This document shows, in pieces, positions 62,755-64,000 of a stretch of 64,000 nt of DNA (the first letter of the stretch is position 1; every line of letters starts with the position of its first letter). The stretch comes from the human T2T-CHM13v2.0 reference genome, Homo sapiens: the NCBI RefSeq assembly GCF_009914755.1, contig NC_060925.1; one strand, given 5' to 3'. Both the position numbers and the translations under genes were made by a program. The notes beneath the pieces are model-generated. The model ran no database searches and was not told where the DNA came from. It was given only the letters and a program-made list of their open reading frames with translations.

Positions 62755-64000
<1,246 letters not shown>

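Overview
Human-type genomic DNA carrying the complete PSEN2 (presenilin-2) gene on the + strand. It has a CpG-island promoter at ~6.3-7.1 kb, three non-coding 5' exons and ten coding exons. The spliced CDS (17817..31491, 1347 nt) encodes 448 aa with intact YD263, GLGD366 and PAL motifs. Poly(A) signals lie at 31601 and 31986. About 6 kb upstream and 32 kb downstream are repeat-rich (about 30 Alus, L1/L2/MIR, MaLR/ERV1 LTRs, hAT MITEs, a twin-primed inverted L1PA at the right end), and I can support no other protein-coding gene. I found no wholly new gene system. The best leads are regulatory: (i) an inverted AluJ pair tightly bracketing exon 6, the exon skipped in PS2V; (ii) a 22-bp x ~7 minisatellite in intron 3 whose unit resembles a REST/RE1 site; (iii) an intron-1 ATG that could add an in-frame 33-aa Arg-rich N-terminus; (iv) a MIR-derived uORF and an AUG-UGA start-stop element in the 5'UTR; (v) cryptic splice sites in introns 5 and 9; (vi) inverted Alus past the 3' end. 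Repeat subfamily names were recognised by eye and need RepeatMasker/Dfam confirmation.
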